This document shows, piece by piece, positions 48,436 to 61,335 of a stretch of DNA of 64,000 nt; position 1 is the first letter of the stretch, and each line of letters opens with the position of its first letter. The notes beneath the pieces were generated by a model. It had not been told where the DNA came from and did not search any database. It worked only from the letters and a program-made list of their open reading frames with translations. A program made the position numbers and the translations under genes. Source of the stretch: Malacoraja senta (taxonomy: Eukaryota); assembly GCA_038087875.1 (NCBI GenBank), contig CM075989.1, forward strand, positions 20,648,001 through 20,712,000. Direction: 5' to 3'.

Positions 48436-51400
48436 AGCCGCCTGCTGCAGTCTCCTTTCGTTTTTTGTAGTAAATCTCTTTTGTTACAAGAGAACTGTCC
48501 TTACATATCTAAGACAAGGACATGGAAAATGTATAAGTTAATCAGGTACTCTACAGTGCAAATTAATTGTCTATTTGCAGGTGTCCCACATTTAAATTGT
48601 AGTCACTGTTCCAGTCAGGCACTTATTTGTATTAGCTGTTATATTATACTGGTTTGCAAAAAAAAATAATTATATTCTACCCTATCATGCTTGCAGAAAC
48701 AAGACAAGTTGGTTGTCAATTCTGACAGTGTCCTGTATATGTGTATACAAATGGTGTGGCTAGTTAAATTTTCTGCTTAGTATCATTGAAGCTGTAGAAA
48801 GAGACAAAAAAAGAGAGCAATACTGTACATAAAATAAATCTATGATATTGAACCTGGCATGGGTCTCCGTCTCTTGAAGGAATGTTTAAATTGCACGGTG
48901 TATAGGACTGAGGTGAGCGGTTCTCTCTGCAAGTGCAAAAACGGGTTGTAGAAGTGGCAAAGCAATTTATTAAGTACATTGGAGACATGCATTTAAAAGT
49001 ACCCGCATGAGAAATGAGGCGACTGTAAGTGAAAATATAGCATTAAGAGAAACTTAATATATTAAGTTATAATTGGAATTTGGTTAAAGTTCTTTTATGT
49101 TGTTTTCTGAAATCCAAATTAGATTCCAGATCACTTATATATATTTTTATTAAAAGAAAACATAATACCCTGACTTATTATTGATTATATAGAACTGTAT
49201 AATTTTAAACACATTCAGCTATGAAATTATTTATATATGCCAAAGTTGCATGTTGACGCTCTCTAGATATGGTTTCTCTTGTTACCTTGGCTTTGCTTTT
49301 TTAAAATGCAGGCTAAACCTTAAAAGCCGTGAACACTTGCTAACCTATATGTAAAGAGAATTTGAGCCAAATGTTTGTGTAAATAGCATCCTAAATATCT
49401 CACCTTTGGTGTACAATGTATTGTATGTTCACCAGATCAAAGTATATTTTTGTGGATTATCTCCAGTTTGACAGGGCAAGATCCTTACGTGTAGATCATC
49501 CACTGGCATTTACTATTTTGTTTAATATGTTGTACTTCCTTGGTTTTAATTATATATGATATTTGCAGAAAGTAGTAAGAGTTTTATTTTCCTCTATAGC
49601 AGTGAATGTGTACAATAATTGTCAATTGTGCTGTATGGTATTGCTTTACCATACATCAATCCCGATATTATATTTGTCATGCACAAACTTGAATACAAGT
49701 TCCTTATATTGTAGACTGTTGCGGATGGAAGATCACTGCTTTATTCAATTATACTTTTCTGATATAAGCTGCCTTTTGTGATAATTCACTGACAGTAGAC
49801 ACACGTGGTTCATTAAAAAATAAATAACCTGTAAGAGAGTAGTGCGGGTGAGCACCTTTTGAGAGTAATAAGTGCAAAAGGTCTTTTATATATTTAAAAT
49901 AAAGGATTGTTCAGTGATGCGTGCAATAGGAGATTTGACAATCAAAGGGGCAGGCCTGAGTGCACACTTGTAGAGATAGAGTAAGGTTTGACCCCCTGGA
50001 ACACGACTGACCTGATGACTCCCACCAGAGTCAAGGTTGATTGCACCAAAGGGAACCAATTCCGTTCATGTATTTTGTCCAGTACACACATGAAGTAACT
50101 TAGTGATTGTGATAATGTGAAACAAAGATTAAACGGGAACCACATTGACATGTGCTTTGTCAATCGGTTCCATTGACGTTTCAATGTCATCAGCCATCTG
50201 CTTTCCACCCCTCAAACCCAAGAGGTGTTCTGCTTAGGAATAATCATCCATTTCAATGTAATAAGCAGTTTGACTTTGACAACCTTTTGTAGCTCAACAT
50301 CCATAACCAGAAAATAATGGCAAAATGTTTGCAATGGGATACGCCCCTCAGTTCATGGTGGGTCCCATTCCTTGCTGAGGTGTGTGTAACCTCAGATAAA
50401 CACAACCTCAACTAGGTAACTCAACCTTAACTAGGTAACTAAACGTTAACTAGGTAACTAAACCTAACTGGCTCTGGAGGTTTATGCCAGTGTTATCCAA
50501 TCTGCTTAAGCTGGAGTTACAAGCGTTTTGTATGACTTGTGTTCTTCCAAAATGTACTCATGATATGATCATTACTGCTGTTTGGTTCTATTAACAATAA
50601 ATATGGGCAGAATATTTCTCCTTTGATTTTTCTTTTAGGAGTGTAGAAATCTGACCTTTTTCCGTTTAGATAATGATAGAATATAAAATCTTTGGATGTA
50701 TTCAAAATATTGTTTCATTGCTTTGTCTAATGTATATATTCAACTGATTTTAACAAGTGTCTGTACATTGCATGCACCTCCTATAGAATTAACATTTAAC
50801 ACACTCAACTCAGTGTAGGGTTTTTTTCCGCATTCACGTGTTCCCTTTGTTTCCACATATTTAATTTGTTGAAAATTGTGTTCAGATTGACAAAATAAGG
50901 CTAATGCTACTGAAATGATGGGAAGAGTTATAATTTGCTTGCTCACTGCTGAACAGGCCACTTTTATGCTGCAGAGTAGCAACTGAGTTGTGTACTCTGC
51001 AGAATGGGAAACAAATATTGCTTTCTTGAATTATGCATGTAAATGAAATTTTTTTCTGTACATTTGGTAAGAAGTTTGCTTCATATTTACTGTGTCCCCT
51101 TGTGTGCAAAATGCCTTATGTGGTGGCATCATTTTTACCTTTTTATTCTCCAGTAAATGTCCAGCATTGTGGACATTAACTGTAGTCAGAGGCAAACACT
51201 GTTTAACGAAGGAACAGCTTTGCTGATTGTTGATAATATTATGTCTGCGTTAAGCAATCCTCACAACTTCAAGTTGACCATAATTTAAGACAAAAATAAT
51301 TTTCAGATGCATCTTTTTCCTTCACAGTACCCATGCACCACATAACATATCTCCAAGCCTCTATAGCATTCTGAAGAGTTTGGAATAAGATCTCCTTTGT

Positions 51401-51900
51401 AATGTAACGATTAACGGACTTCCTAATGGTAAGGACTCACCTGAATGACATAAATTCCTGTACTTAAGTACTTATACTAGCAGTTAATCTTTGCCAAAAC
51501 ACTCTGCTACACCCCCTATGCCAATGGCCAATATTTTTGATAGATAGTTTGCAGAATTGAATTGTGTTAGGTACTGCCATCATTCCACCTGGCACCACAG
51601 AATACCTCAAGCTATTATCATAGCAAGTTGCAGCTATCTGTTGCACTGTCGCCAAGTGACAGAGTGTGAAATAATTTACCAGTAAATTATCGAGAGAACA
51701 TAAAATAATGCCATTTGCGATCTAACGGAACCAATGTTGCATGAAAATCATAGTGACTTCTCTCTCCATTATAACTAATCCTTGGGATTTCTAGATTCAC
51801 CTTTTATTTTGTCCAAATACTGAATAATTTACCTTTGGAAGGGGGTTGAAGCAGAGTCTTGAACTCACTTATCCAAACGCATACATTGGAGCTGGTTGAT
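48436..51900 (+). other. MEF2A: Putative MEF2A 3' UTR (end not determined)
   Basis: About 3.5 kb of AT-rich sequence with no recognisable transposon, in an otherwise repeat-saturated window. AATAAA at about 48833, 49819, 49898 and 50596. Confidence 0.65.
50404..50469. repeat. 19-bp minisatellite, about 3.5 copies
   Basis: Unit AACCTTAACTAGGTAACTA with single-base variants. Confidence 0.9.
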
Positions 51901-51945
51901 CCAATAGACATTTGGCAATATTTCTTGCCTTTGCACATTGTAGAC

Positions 51946-52141
51946 CAGGGGTTTCCCAACCTTTATCGTCCCGTCAACTTTAATAACACATTTTATTTCA
52001 CTTATTTATGAACAACTAATGATGAACAGATATACCAGAACCGGTATACCAGAACCAAACACAGTCAGTCAAATATGTACAAATCCAGAATCAACAAATT
52101 TACCCCCTGGAGGTACAGTTACCCCAGGTTGGGAACCTTTG
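51946..52141. mobile_element. hAT (Charlie-like) MITE
   Basis: CAGGGGTTTCCCAACCT ... AGGTTGGGAACCTTTG imperfect TIRs. No clean 8-bp TSD. Confidence 0.55.
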
Positions 52142-53796
52142 TTATACTTTCGAACTAAAGGTAAAGAATAAATTCCAAAGTCCCAAATCTCCCAAGATGT
52201 ACAGGTTTGTAGTTTAATTGGCTTGGTATAATTGTAAAATTGGCCCCAGTGTGTGTAGGGTAGTGTTAATGTGTGGGGATCGCTGGTCGGTGCGGAATGG
52301 GTAGGCCGAAGGACCTGTTTTCTTGCTGTATCTCTAAACTAAACTAAAGTAGACAGATTTCCAGATGGAAAAAGACAACCTTGTACTATTCGTTATATCC
52401 TTGAGGTGCAGGAGAAGGTAAAAACATGTTGGCATTTAGCATTTGAAGCAATTCCTAAACCAGAAACGATGTACAACTGCAACTAATTTCCTACTATCAA
52501 TACGAATAAGGAGTACAAATGTCCGGTGACTCGCAAATGTAGTCTGTGAAATGGAAGGAGTGAACACTTTAAGTTCACAAGGCAGCTGTTTTGAATGTTT
52601 GCTGAATACACAGCTCCTGACAGGAAGAGAAAATTCAATAACGCCAGGAGTTGTTGCCATCCATGACATTTTGATTTAGATGTCACATTTATGTCATGTA
52701 TCCCAATACTATGGGCAGTAACTCTCAGGGTTAATTCTATATAATGTTTAAATACCTTCTCAAATATGTCACTGGTATCATGATCCCATGGGCTTAAATT
52801 TACAAGAATATTTTGTAAGTTTATGTTAAAATCAGCTGCCTAATATGAAGGTATTGGTAAAAAAGAGCACTTTTTTCATTAGTCACAAATTAATTGATCA
52901 TTAACTTCCAGTACCGGTTTCTCTTCAAAAGATTTTTTTTCTAAATCTTAATTGCAAAGATGGTTCGATGCCTTGCATAGTATCACGCAGTGTGAGGCTG
53001 TCCCAATGCAATCACTTTATGCAAAGCTTAGCTTTGGAAACCAGGGATATATATATGAGGGTGATGTCCATCTGCACACAAGAGACAGTAAACTAGAACT
53101 CAAACTTCTCTGTCTCTGGACACTGTTTATGAAAAACTAAACAAAGTATGCAAAGAGAAAGGGAATAAAAAAGTTTTTTTTCCCTTTTGCACAGTCTTTC
53201 TACCCTCTGCTGTGCAAGACACTGCTTTGCAAAAATATTTAAAATGGCTTTTTTTTTTAAAAACTGATGTATTTGGTAATTGTTTGTTACTTGTAGAAAT
53301 CACCGGAGCTGTTCACGGTTTAAATTTTAAGCCTGTTGGCAGCACAAGCTGGACTTTGTTGCCATCATTGAAACAAATGTTGATGAGACTTTAAGTTAAC
53401 CTGCAATTTCCCTGAATGTGTTGTTTTACTTCAATATACAAAGATAAGTGAACTTTTTATCAGATGATTACGATTATGCTAGAGATTGTTGTAAAGATTT
53501 GTACCCTGCCCTCACTTAAGTAAAGATATTGGCTTTTACTGTGTAATGGGAGTCCATGTCAATTTTTCGGTGTAAAGTTAATAACAACAAAATTGTTAAT
53601 GAACCTAAATTTGCATTCAGCACACAAATATCTGCTGGATCACACATTCATTGCACTATTTCACGTAAGTGTGTTCATTTCAGGCACAGAATTAGAAAGA
53701 GAATATGGCTAGGATGCAACTCTCAATTGTCCTAGTTTGAATCGTTTTGAGTTGCAGTTTAGTTTATTGTCGCGTGTCCATAGTATTGGGATACAT

Positions 53797-53915
53797 ATGT
53801 CATGTATCCCAATACTATGGGCAGTAACTCTCAGGGTTAATTCTATATAATGTTTAAATACCTTCTCAAATATGTCACTGGTATCATGATCCCATGGGCT
53901 TAAATTTACAAGAAT
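53797..53915 (+). repeat. Exact 119-bp copy of 52691-52809
   Basis: Base-by-base comparison shows identity. Confidence 0.95.
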
Positions 53916-54056
53916 TTAGTTTAGTTTATTGTCGCGTACTGTCGTGTACCGAGGTATTGTAGGTAAAGCTATTGTTGCGTGCTATCCAGTCAGCAGTAAG
54001 ACAACACATGATTACAATCGAGCCGTCCACAGTGTACAGATACATGATAAAGGGGA

Positions 54057-54270
54057 ATAGAATGTAGTCGGAGACAGTAAGACCAGTGAGAGAACTGGGA
54101 AGGGGGAGGGGATGGAGAGAGAAAGCAAGGGCTAGCTGAAGTTCGAGAAGTCAATGTTCATACTGCTGGGGTGTAAACTACCCAAGCGAAATATAAGGTG
54201 CTATTCCTCCAATTTGCACTGGGTCTCACTCTGACAATGGAGGAGGCCCAGGACAGAAAGGTCAGACTGA
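54057..54270 (-). mobile_element. Penelope-like GIY-YIG endonuclease C-terminal fragment
   Basis: Reads SDLSVLGLLHCQSETQCKLEE*HLIFRLGSLHPSSMNIDFSNFS*. Confidence 0.78.
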
Positions 54271-57200
54271 TAATGGGAGGGTGAGTTGTAATGTGTACCG
54301 AGGTACAGTGGAAAGCTGCTTTGTTGCCTGCTATCCAGTCAGTGGAAAAACTATGCATGTTTACCATCAAGCCATTCACAGTGTACAGATACAGGATAAA
54401 GGGAATAACATTTAGTGCAAGGTAGAGTCTGGTTATTGACAACTGTACATTCATGTCAAGCAATGCTGTGATTTGTATAACATTCACTTAATTTCACCTA
54501 CACCAGCCTAAACTGGAGCCATAGCCCCAGACTGTGACTGTCGTGGGTCAGTCTTAGTGCCTCCATCACACCAGCTTGATGCTTTTCTCACTGTCGAAAG
54601 AGGCACTCTTTAACCAGTCGCCTGTTATATTACCACTGCAGAAAGAAAAATGCCCTAGGTTCATTTCATAAGCAAATATCGGGCCCTTTATATAATCATA
54701 CTGTGCTTAAAGTCCAGTTATGTTTGATTTTGAAGTTCATTAATGAAACAATTAGATGCTACAACCAGAAAATGAATTAAAAACATAAAGTACTTCATCC
54801 TTAATTATTCTTGTCAATGAAATAACAAACTGTACTGGTACATTTATTTTACTATTAAATTATTGGAAACCATACCCGTTCATCAATGGCATTATAAGGT
54901 CCTTTTCATCAATTCAATCCGTCAAATGTAGCCAAGCCAAACACACCAAATGATCTTGTCCGCTGAAGACCAAACATTGTTCCATGCCTGAGTACTGACC
55001 TGGGTATTTTGGCCATTGTTTTGATGTCTACTGCAGCCCACCTTACACACTGGTGTCTAATGTTATGTACCAGGGATGAGGAGTCTATCTCATAACATAA
55101 ACACTTTTAGACTTTAGACTTTAGAGACACAGCGCGGAAACATGCCCTTCGGCCCACCGAGTCCGCGCCGACCAGTGATCCCCGTACACTAGCGCTTTCC
55201 TACATACTAGGGACAATTTATAATTTATTATACCAAAGCCAAATAACCTACAAACCTGCACATCTCTGGAATGTGGGGGGAAAGCGGCGCACCAGGAGAA
55301 AACCCCCGCAGAACATGGGAGAACGTACAAACTCTGTACAGACAGCACCCCTAGTCAGGATTGAACCCGCGCCTCTGGCACTGTAAAGCAGCAACTCTAC
55401 CGCTGAGCCATTGTGCTGCCCCACAGCCTCTAGTCCATTTTTTCCAGATGCCAACAATATGTTGGGAAGGAGTTCAACGCAAGAACAGTTGCAATTTTCT
55501 CTCTGAAAGCGCAAACCACGGCAGCCAATGTTTGAGGCGAGATTCATTCTTCAGCCATCGATGGAACAGATTATTGGTTACGTTGCTGAAATATAAAGGA
55601 AATGCAGCACAGAGTTGCTGCCTCACAGCGTCAGAGACCCGGGTTCGATCCTGACTACGGGTGCTGTCTGTACGGAGTTTTACGTTCTCCCCGTGACCTG
55701 CGGGGTTTTCTCCGGGATCTCCGGTTTCCTCCCACACTCCACAGACGTACTAGTTTGTCGGTTATTTGGCTTGGTATAATTGTAAATTGTCCCTAGTGTG
55801 TGTAGGATACTGTAAGTGTGAGGGGTGATTGCTGGTCGGCGTGGACTCGGTGGGCCGAAGGGCCTGTTTACACGCTGTATCTCTAAACTAACAGAGAAAA
55901 ACACGAAGGACTGGACAGTATTTGGCATCATTTCTGGAGCCATGTTTCACCATTCACTCTTAAAGCTGCAACTTATTCTGCCTTCTCATTTCCTGCCTGT
56001 CACAAGGCATTTTATTATCTGTCTACCCCAGGACAGAACGGGGAGGAGTTTTACAGTTTGACAGCCACAGGGAAGAAGGATCTCCTGTGGCGTTCTGTGC
56101 TGCATCTTGGTGGAACCAGTCTGTTGCTGAAGGTGCGCCTCAGGTTGACCAGTGTGCAATGGTCCATTAGAGACTTGAGGTACTGAGGCAACTAGTTTTA
56201 TTTTCTCTGAGATAATGAAAGCTCTTTAGGTGGGAAATTACTAATTAGCCACATTTCATTGAACGGGGAATCCAATGATTACTCCTTGACTTTTCTCTCA
56301 TTGCTTCAGTGGTTTATGTGATCACAAACATTTTAGTGAGTTGGATAGTTTCCAAATTGAAGATTTTATTGTGTTTCAAATGTTATCTCATGAGTATCTT
56401 GCAAGATAAATCTAGCAAGAATAATTTATTGGGTTAAAAGTGATAACTTTGATCATGAATCTAAACTACTGTTTCACAAATTGTTTCCGTCTAATGGAAT
56501 AACTATTTATATGCAACAATTCAAAAACCAGAATGAGGATCCTGTTTCATAAGTGGAATCTCTTTGAAGTGCCGTTTGTTGTTAAGTGCAGTAAGGGGCA
56601 AAACAGCTTCTAAATGTTGTTGTCTTTTAATGGAGGGATCATTTCCATTTAAAAAATTGAATTACTATTTACCATCAGTAATTCAAAAATGCGAGAGTAA
56701 CGCAGTGGTCCAGGCAGCCTCTCGGGCGAAAATGGATAGGTGACATTTTGGGTGGAAACCCTTCTTCAGTCTGCAGAAGGGTCTCGACCCAAAACGTCAC
56801 CGATTCCTTTTCGCCAGAGATGCTGTCTGACCCGCTCAGTTAGTTCAGCATTTTGTCCCTATCTTCGGTAGTAAACCAGCATCTGCAGTCAGAGGAAGAC
56901 TGATTAGAACGGTGCAAGTGCGTATCAATTTTCATGTCCTTATGAATGAATTCACACACCAAACGCACACAATTCCAGATGAAAGTAAAATAGAACTTGT
57001 AGTTATTTTTTTTAATTATATACATTTTGTGGAATTATTAAATTTATGCTGATGAAACTGCTGGTAACGGTTATTAAGGCTTCTGGTTCATTAAACTGTT
57101 TTATTTGGGGATAATACAGGTATATAGTCCAATTAGCAATGTTGTGGCATAACTCAGTTGAGATAAATTCACTTGTCTCTACAAAGCTTAGTGGCAAAAT

Positions 57201-59346
57201 CAAATGGATTCAGCAATTTAGGCAAAAGCATCGGAAACAATTTTATTGTCATAAATTTTTGAACTATACCCCATCAAAACAGTAAAGCAGCCACCATGTT
57301 TTTATAAATCTCTATTAACATAGGGCAATGAATTATTATATATGTTCGGCTCTTCTATAAGTACCGGCAGGGCGGCACAGCGGTAGAGTTGCTGCCTTAC
57401 AGCGCCAGAGACCCGGGTTAAATCCTGACTACGGGTATACCGAGTTTGTACGCTCTCCCTGTGACCGCGTGGGTTTTCTCCGGGTGCTCGGGTTTCCTCC
57501 CACATTCCAAAGACGTGCTGGTTTGTAGGTTAATTAGCTTCTGTAAATTGTCCTTGGTGTGTAGGATAGTGCCAGTGTATGGGGTGATTACTGGTCGGCA
57601 CGGACTTCGTGGGCCGAAGGGCCTGTTTTCCACGCTGTATCTCTGAAGTCTAAAGTTAGAGTTTAGTTTAGTTTATAGATACACCGCAAAACAGGACCTT
57701 CCCATCGAATCTGCGCCGACCGGCGATCCCCGCACAACAGTACCATCCTACATCCACTCGGGACAATTTACAATTCTACCTCCATCCATGAAACCATCAT
57801 GCAGCCTCTTCTAGAGACGAAAGACGGCTTCACACTGTAAGTATAAAAGCAGTCAAGCTGTATTGGGCGTGTGTTGTCCTTGAGAATGAACTAGAGCAGA
57901 TTACAGGAGTAAATGCATCAACTAATTACACAACCAGGATGTGGACTTAAAAGGTTGAAGTAAGTCATAACAGCAAATATAGAATTAAACATTCAGCCAT
58001 GTCACCTACTTAGCACATAAAACATGCTCAAACATAAAATGCCGGAGTAACTCAGTGGGTGAGGCAGCATCTCTGGAGAGAAGGAATGGGCGACGTTTCA
58101 GGTCGAGACCCTTCTTCAGACACAAACATACCATTGCTTTACTGAGACCAAGTTTAACTTCAACCCACAATAGCCTACAAAAACTGCAACAGCTATCCAG
58201 CAGCAAGATTTTTACCCCATCATTAGTGATGAATGGAATCCTTGCTTTCTAGGTTTTTAGCTATGAAATGGAAATATTTTAAATAGTTATTAGGGCTGAG
58301 AAAGTGCGGATTGCTGGTATTTATTATCCATTGTTTGATGTCAGCCGATGAGGTCCTTGTCCGTAGTGTTGAGCTCATTAAACATTGAAGAGAATTAAAA
58401 ACTGAGCTTAAAGTCGGTTCATTTGTGGTCAGTTCCAGGCCAGTAATTGTAAATGGCGAGGCCCAAATGTCTGGATTTCTCAAGATTAGGAAAACTAGCA
58501 TGTTGGCACAGCGGTAGAGTTGCTGCCTCACAGCGCCAGAGACCCGGGTTTGACCCCGACTACGGGTGTTGCCTGTACGGAGTTTGTACGTTCTCCCTGT
58601 GACCTGTGTGTTTATTCTCTGAAAACTTCGATTTCCTCCCACACTCCAAAGGCCTACGGGTTTGTAGGTTATTTGGCTTGGTATAAATGTAAAAATTGTC
58701 CCTAGTGTAGGATAGTGTTATTGTGCGGGAATCCATGGTCAGAGCGGACTCGTTGGGCCGATCGGCCTGTTTCCGCTCTGTATCTCTAAACTAAACTAAG
58801 CAGTGAACTGTCCCTCCTAGTTTTTGACTTCAGCAACATCACTTGCAACTGTCCCAATGTGGTGACCATCATTGCACCGTTTATATCACATTCATTTTAA
58901 CAGTATAGGAAGATTTGTGTTATTGTAAAGGAAAAGCACAGGGAGTTTCAGCTTCTTGTGGAAGTCAAGATTTTCTGCTTTTGAGTTCTCCTCATAAAAG
59001 TGACTAAGAAATATTCAAATGAAATGGGGAAATAAAATAGCTCAAAAAGCTGGAGTAACTCAATGGGTCAGACAACATTTCTGGAGAAAAGGAATAGGTA
59101 ATGTTTCGGGTCGAGACCCTTCTTCAGACCTTCTTCAGAAAATAAGCCTTTCTTTTATATCCTGGGAGACATACAGCATGGTCCATGTGGTTAAATTTTA
59201 ATTTCCAGTGGCATCGGAATAATCCCAGGAACTTTGTACACATAAGATGATTATTACGATAGCATTTTCATTTAAAGTTGCTGCCACATACCTCTGTAAT
59301 TTCAGTACTGGCCACTAGGTTGCTCTGTGGAGCAAGTTTCTGAAAT

Positions 59347-59730
59347 CTGTCTGGGAAGGAACTGCAGATGCTGGTTGAAGCCAAATATAAGACACAAAAT
59401 GCTGGAGTAACTCAGCGGGACAGGCAGCATCTCTGGAGAAAAGGAATAGGTGACGTTTCAGATTGAGATCCTTCGGACTGAGAGTCAGGGGAAAGGGGAA
59501 CGAGAGAAATAGACGGTGATATAGAGAGATATAGAACAAATGAATGAAAGATATGCGGGGCTGGGTTAATACGGGGTCGTTGAGTCGGAAAGAAGGAGGA
59601 ATCACAGAGGAGGAGCAGCGAGAGAGGGTGTTGCAGAACCCTCGTCGGAGAGAGGAGGAGAACTTTTTCAAAGTAGGCATACCTTGAGGTGATTTCGCAG
59701 TGGAGCAGCCAAAATGTGTAGGAACGAACT
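59347..59730 (-). mobile_element. Internally deleted Penelope-like element (repeat end, probable ORF start, 3' repeat)
   Basis: The terminal-repeat end (gcagtt..cctacacat) at about 59715-59730 is followed by ATGCCTACTTTG..., then joined to the 3' terminal repeat at 59347-59550. Confidence 0.55.
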
Positions 59731-59834
59731 GCAAATCTCCAGCTATCACTGACAGATGAGCTCTTCCTATCAATGAAAATGGCAGAATCAAATTGCACGC
59801 TCTAGATAGTCGATAAAGTATCAGATGCAAAACC

Positions 59835-60300
59835 ATAGGAAGGGTGTTATAAGCTGGAAAGGGTGCAGAGATTTACAAGGATGTTGCCAGGACTCGAGGG
59901 CCTGAAAGATTGGGTAGACTAGGACTTTATTCCTTGGAGTGCTGGATCATGAGGGGTTATCTTATAGAGATATATAAGATCATGAGAGGGATAGATTGGG
60001 TGAATGCATGGAGTTATTTATCCAGGATAGGAGAATCCAGAACCCAAAGACAGAAGTTTAAGGTGAGGGGGGAAAATTTAATAAGAACCTGAGGGACAAC
60101 TTTTTCACTCATTGGTGTGTGTATATGAAACAAGCTGCCAGAGGAGGTAGTTGCGACAGGTACATTAGCAACATTTAAAAGACACTTAGATAGGTACATG
60201 GGTAAGAATGGTTTAGAGGGATAGGGGCCAAAGACAGGCAAATGGGACTAGCTTAGATCAGCATGGACCAGTCGGGCCTGTTTCCATGCTGTGTGACTCT
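59835..60300 (+). mobile_element. CR1 3' fragment (older subfamily)
   Basis: GRLGLYSLEC..MRGYLIEIYKIMRGID-type decayed translation. Confidence 0.8.
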
Positions 60301-61064
60301 AACAACTAGAGCACTAGAGTTTTGTGCCACTTATGTGTTTCTTTGTATTGTCAGAGGTTTTTTTTAAGCTACACTTAGGTTAATGGCTTTGTAATGGCAC
60401 AGATTCTATTATAGTTACTGTATCTACAAGAGATTGAGGAGAAATTGGTTGAAATACACATTAATAATTTGCATTTATTATGTTAATTTACTTATACAGA
60501 CTGAAACAGAAGTTTGCCGGTTCTTGAAGCGTTCTCACAGGCAGACTGACAACTAATTCTCGGCCGGCACGGTGATGCAATGCTTACAGCGCCAGAGACC
60601 CGGGTTCGATCCCGACTACGGGGGCTGTCTGTACGGAGTTTGTACCTTCTCCCCGTGACCTGCGTAGGTTTTCTCCGAGATCTTCGGTTTCCTCCCACAC
60701 TCCAAAGACGTACTGGTTTGTTGGCTAATTGGTTTGGCATGTGTAAAAATTGTCCCTAGTGTGCGTAGGATAGTGTTAATGTGCGGGGATCGCTGATCGG
60801 TGCGGATTCGGTGGGCTGAAGGGCCTGTTTCCGCGCTGTATCCGTAAACTAAATAAACTAAACTAACATTGGAGTGTCTTAACATTGGTGAGTGTTGTAT
60901 TCTTTGTTTTATTTTTGAGGTCTTACTGATTCTTTAAACTGGTAGCTAATGTGATCTATTCTTGAGTAGAGGTGAACAGTCTTTACCCTCCCACTGACCA
61001 ACCTTCTCCACTGTGGTTCAAACGTTCCCTGGTGCCAAAATGCTGCCAAATACATTGTATTGGA

Positions 61065-61335
61065 CGTAATGGACATACCTTTAGGAAGGAGGTGAGGCAG
61101 AATTTCTTTAGTCAGAGGGTGGAGAATCTGTGGAATTCATTGCCACAGAAGGCTGTGGAGGCCGTCAATGGATGTTTTACAGGCAGAGATTGATAGATTC
61201 TTGATAAGTCAGGGGTTATGGGGAGAAGGCAGGAGAATGGGGTTAGGAGGGAGAGATAGATCAGCCATGGTTGAATGGCAGAGTAGACTTGATGGGCCGA
61301 ATGGCCTAATTCTGCTCCTATCGCTTATGAACGTA
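61065..61335 (+). mobile_element. CR1 3' fragment
   Basis: NFFSQRVENLWNSLPQKAVEA plus 3' UTR. Confidence 0.83.

Noticed and set aside
1143..59127. CRISPR-like array suggested by the recurring 28-bp hairpin motif
   Set aside because: Copies are dispersed on both strands with shared flanks, without unique spacers or cas genes, in eukaryotic DNA.
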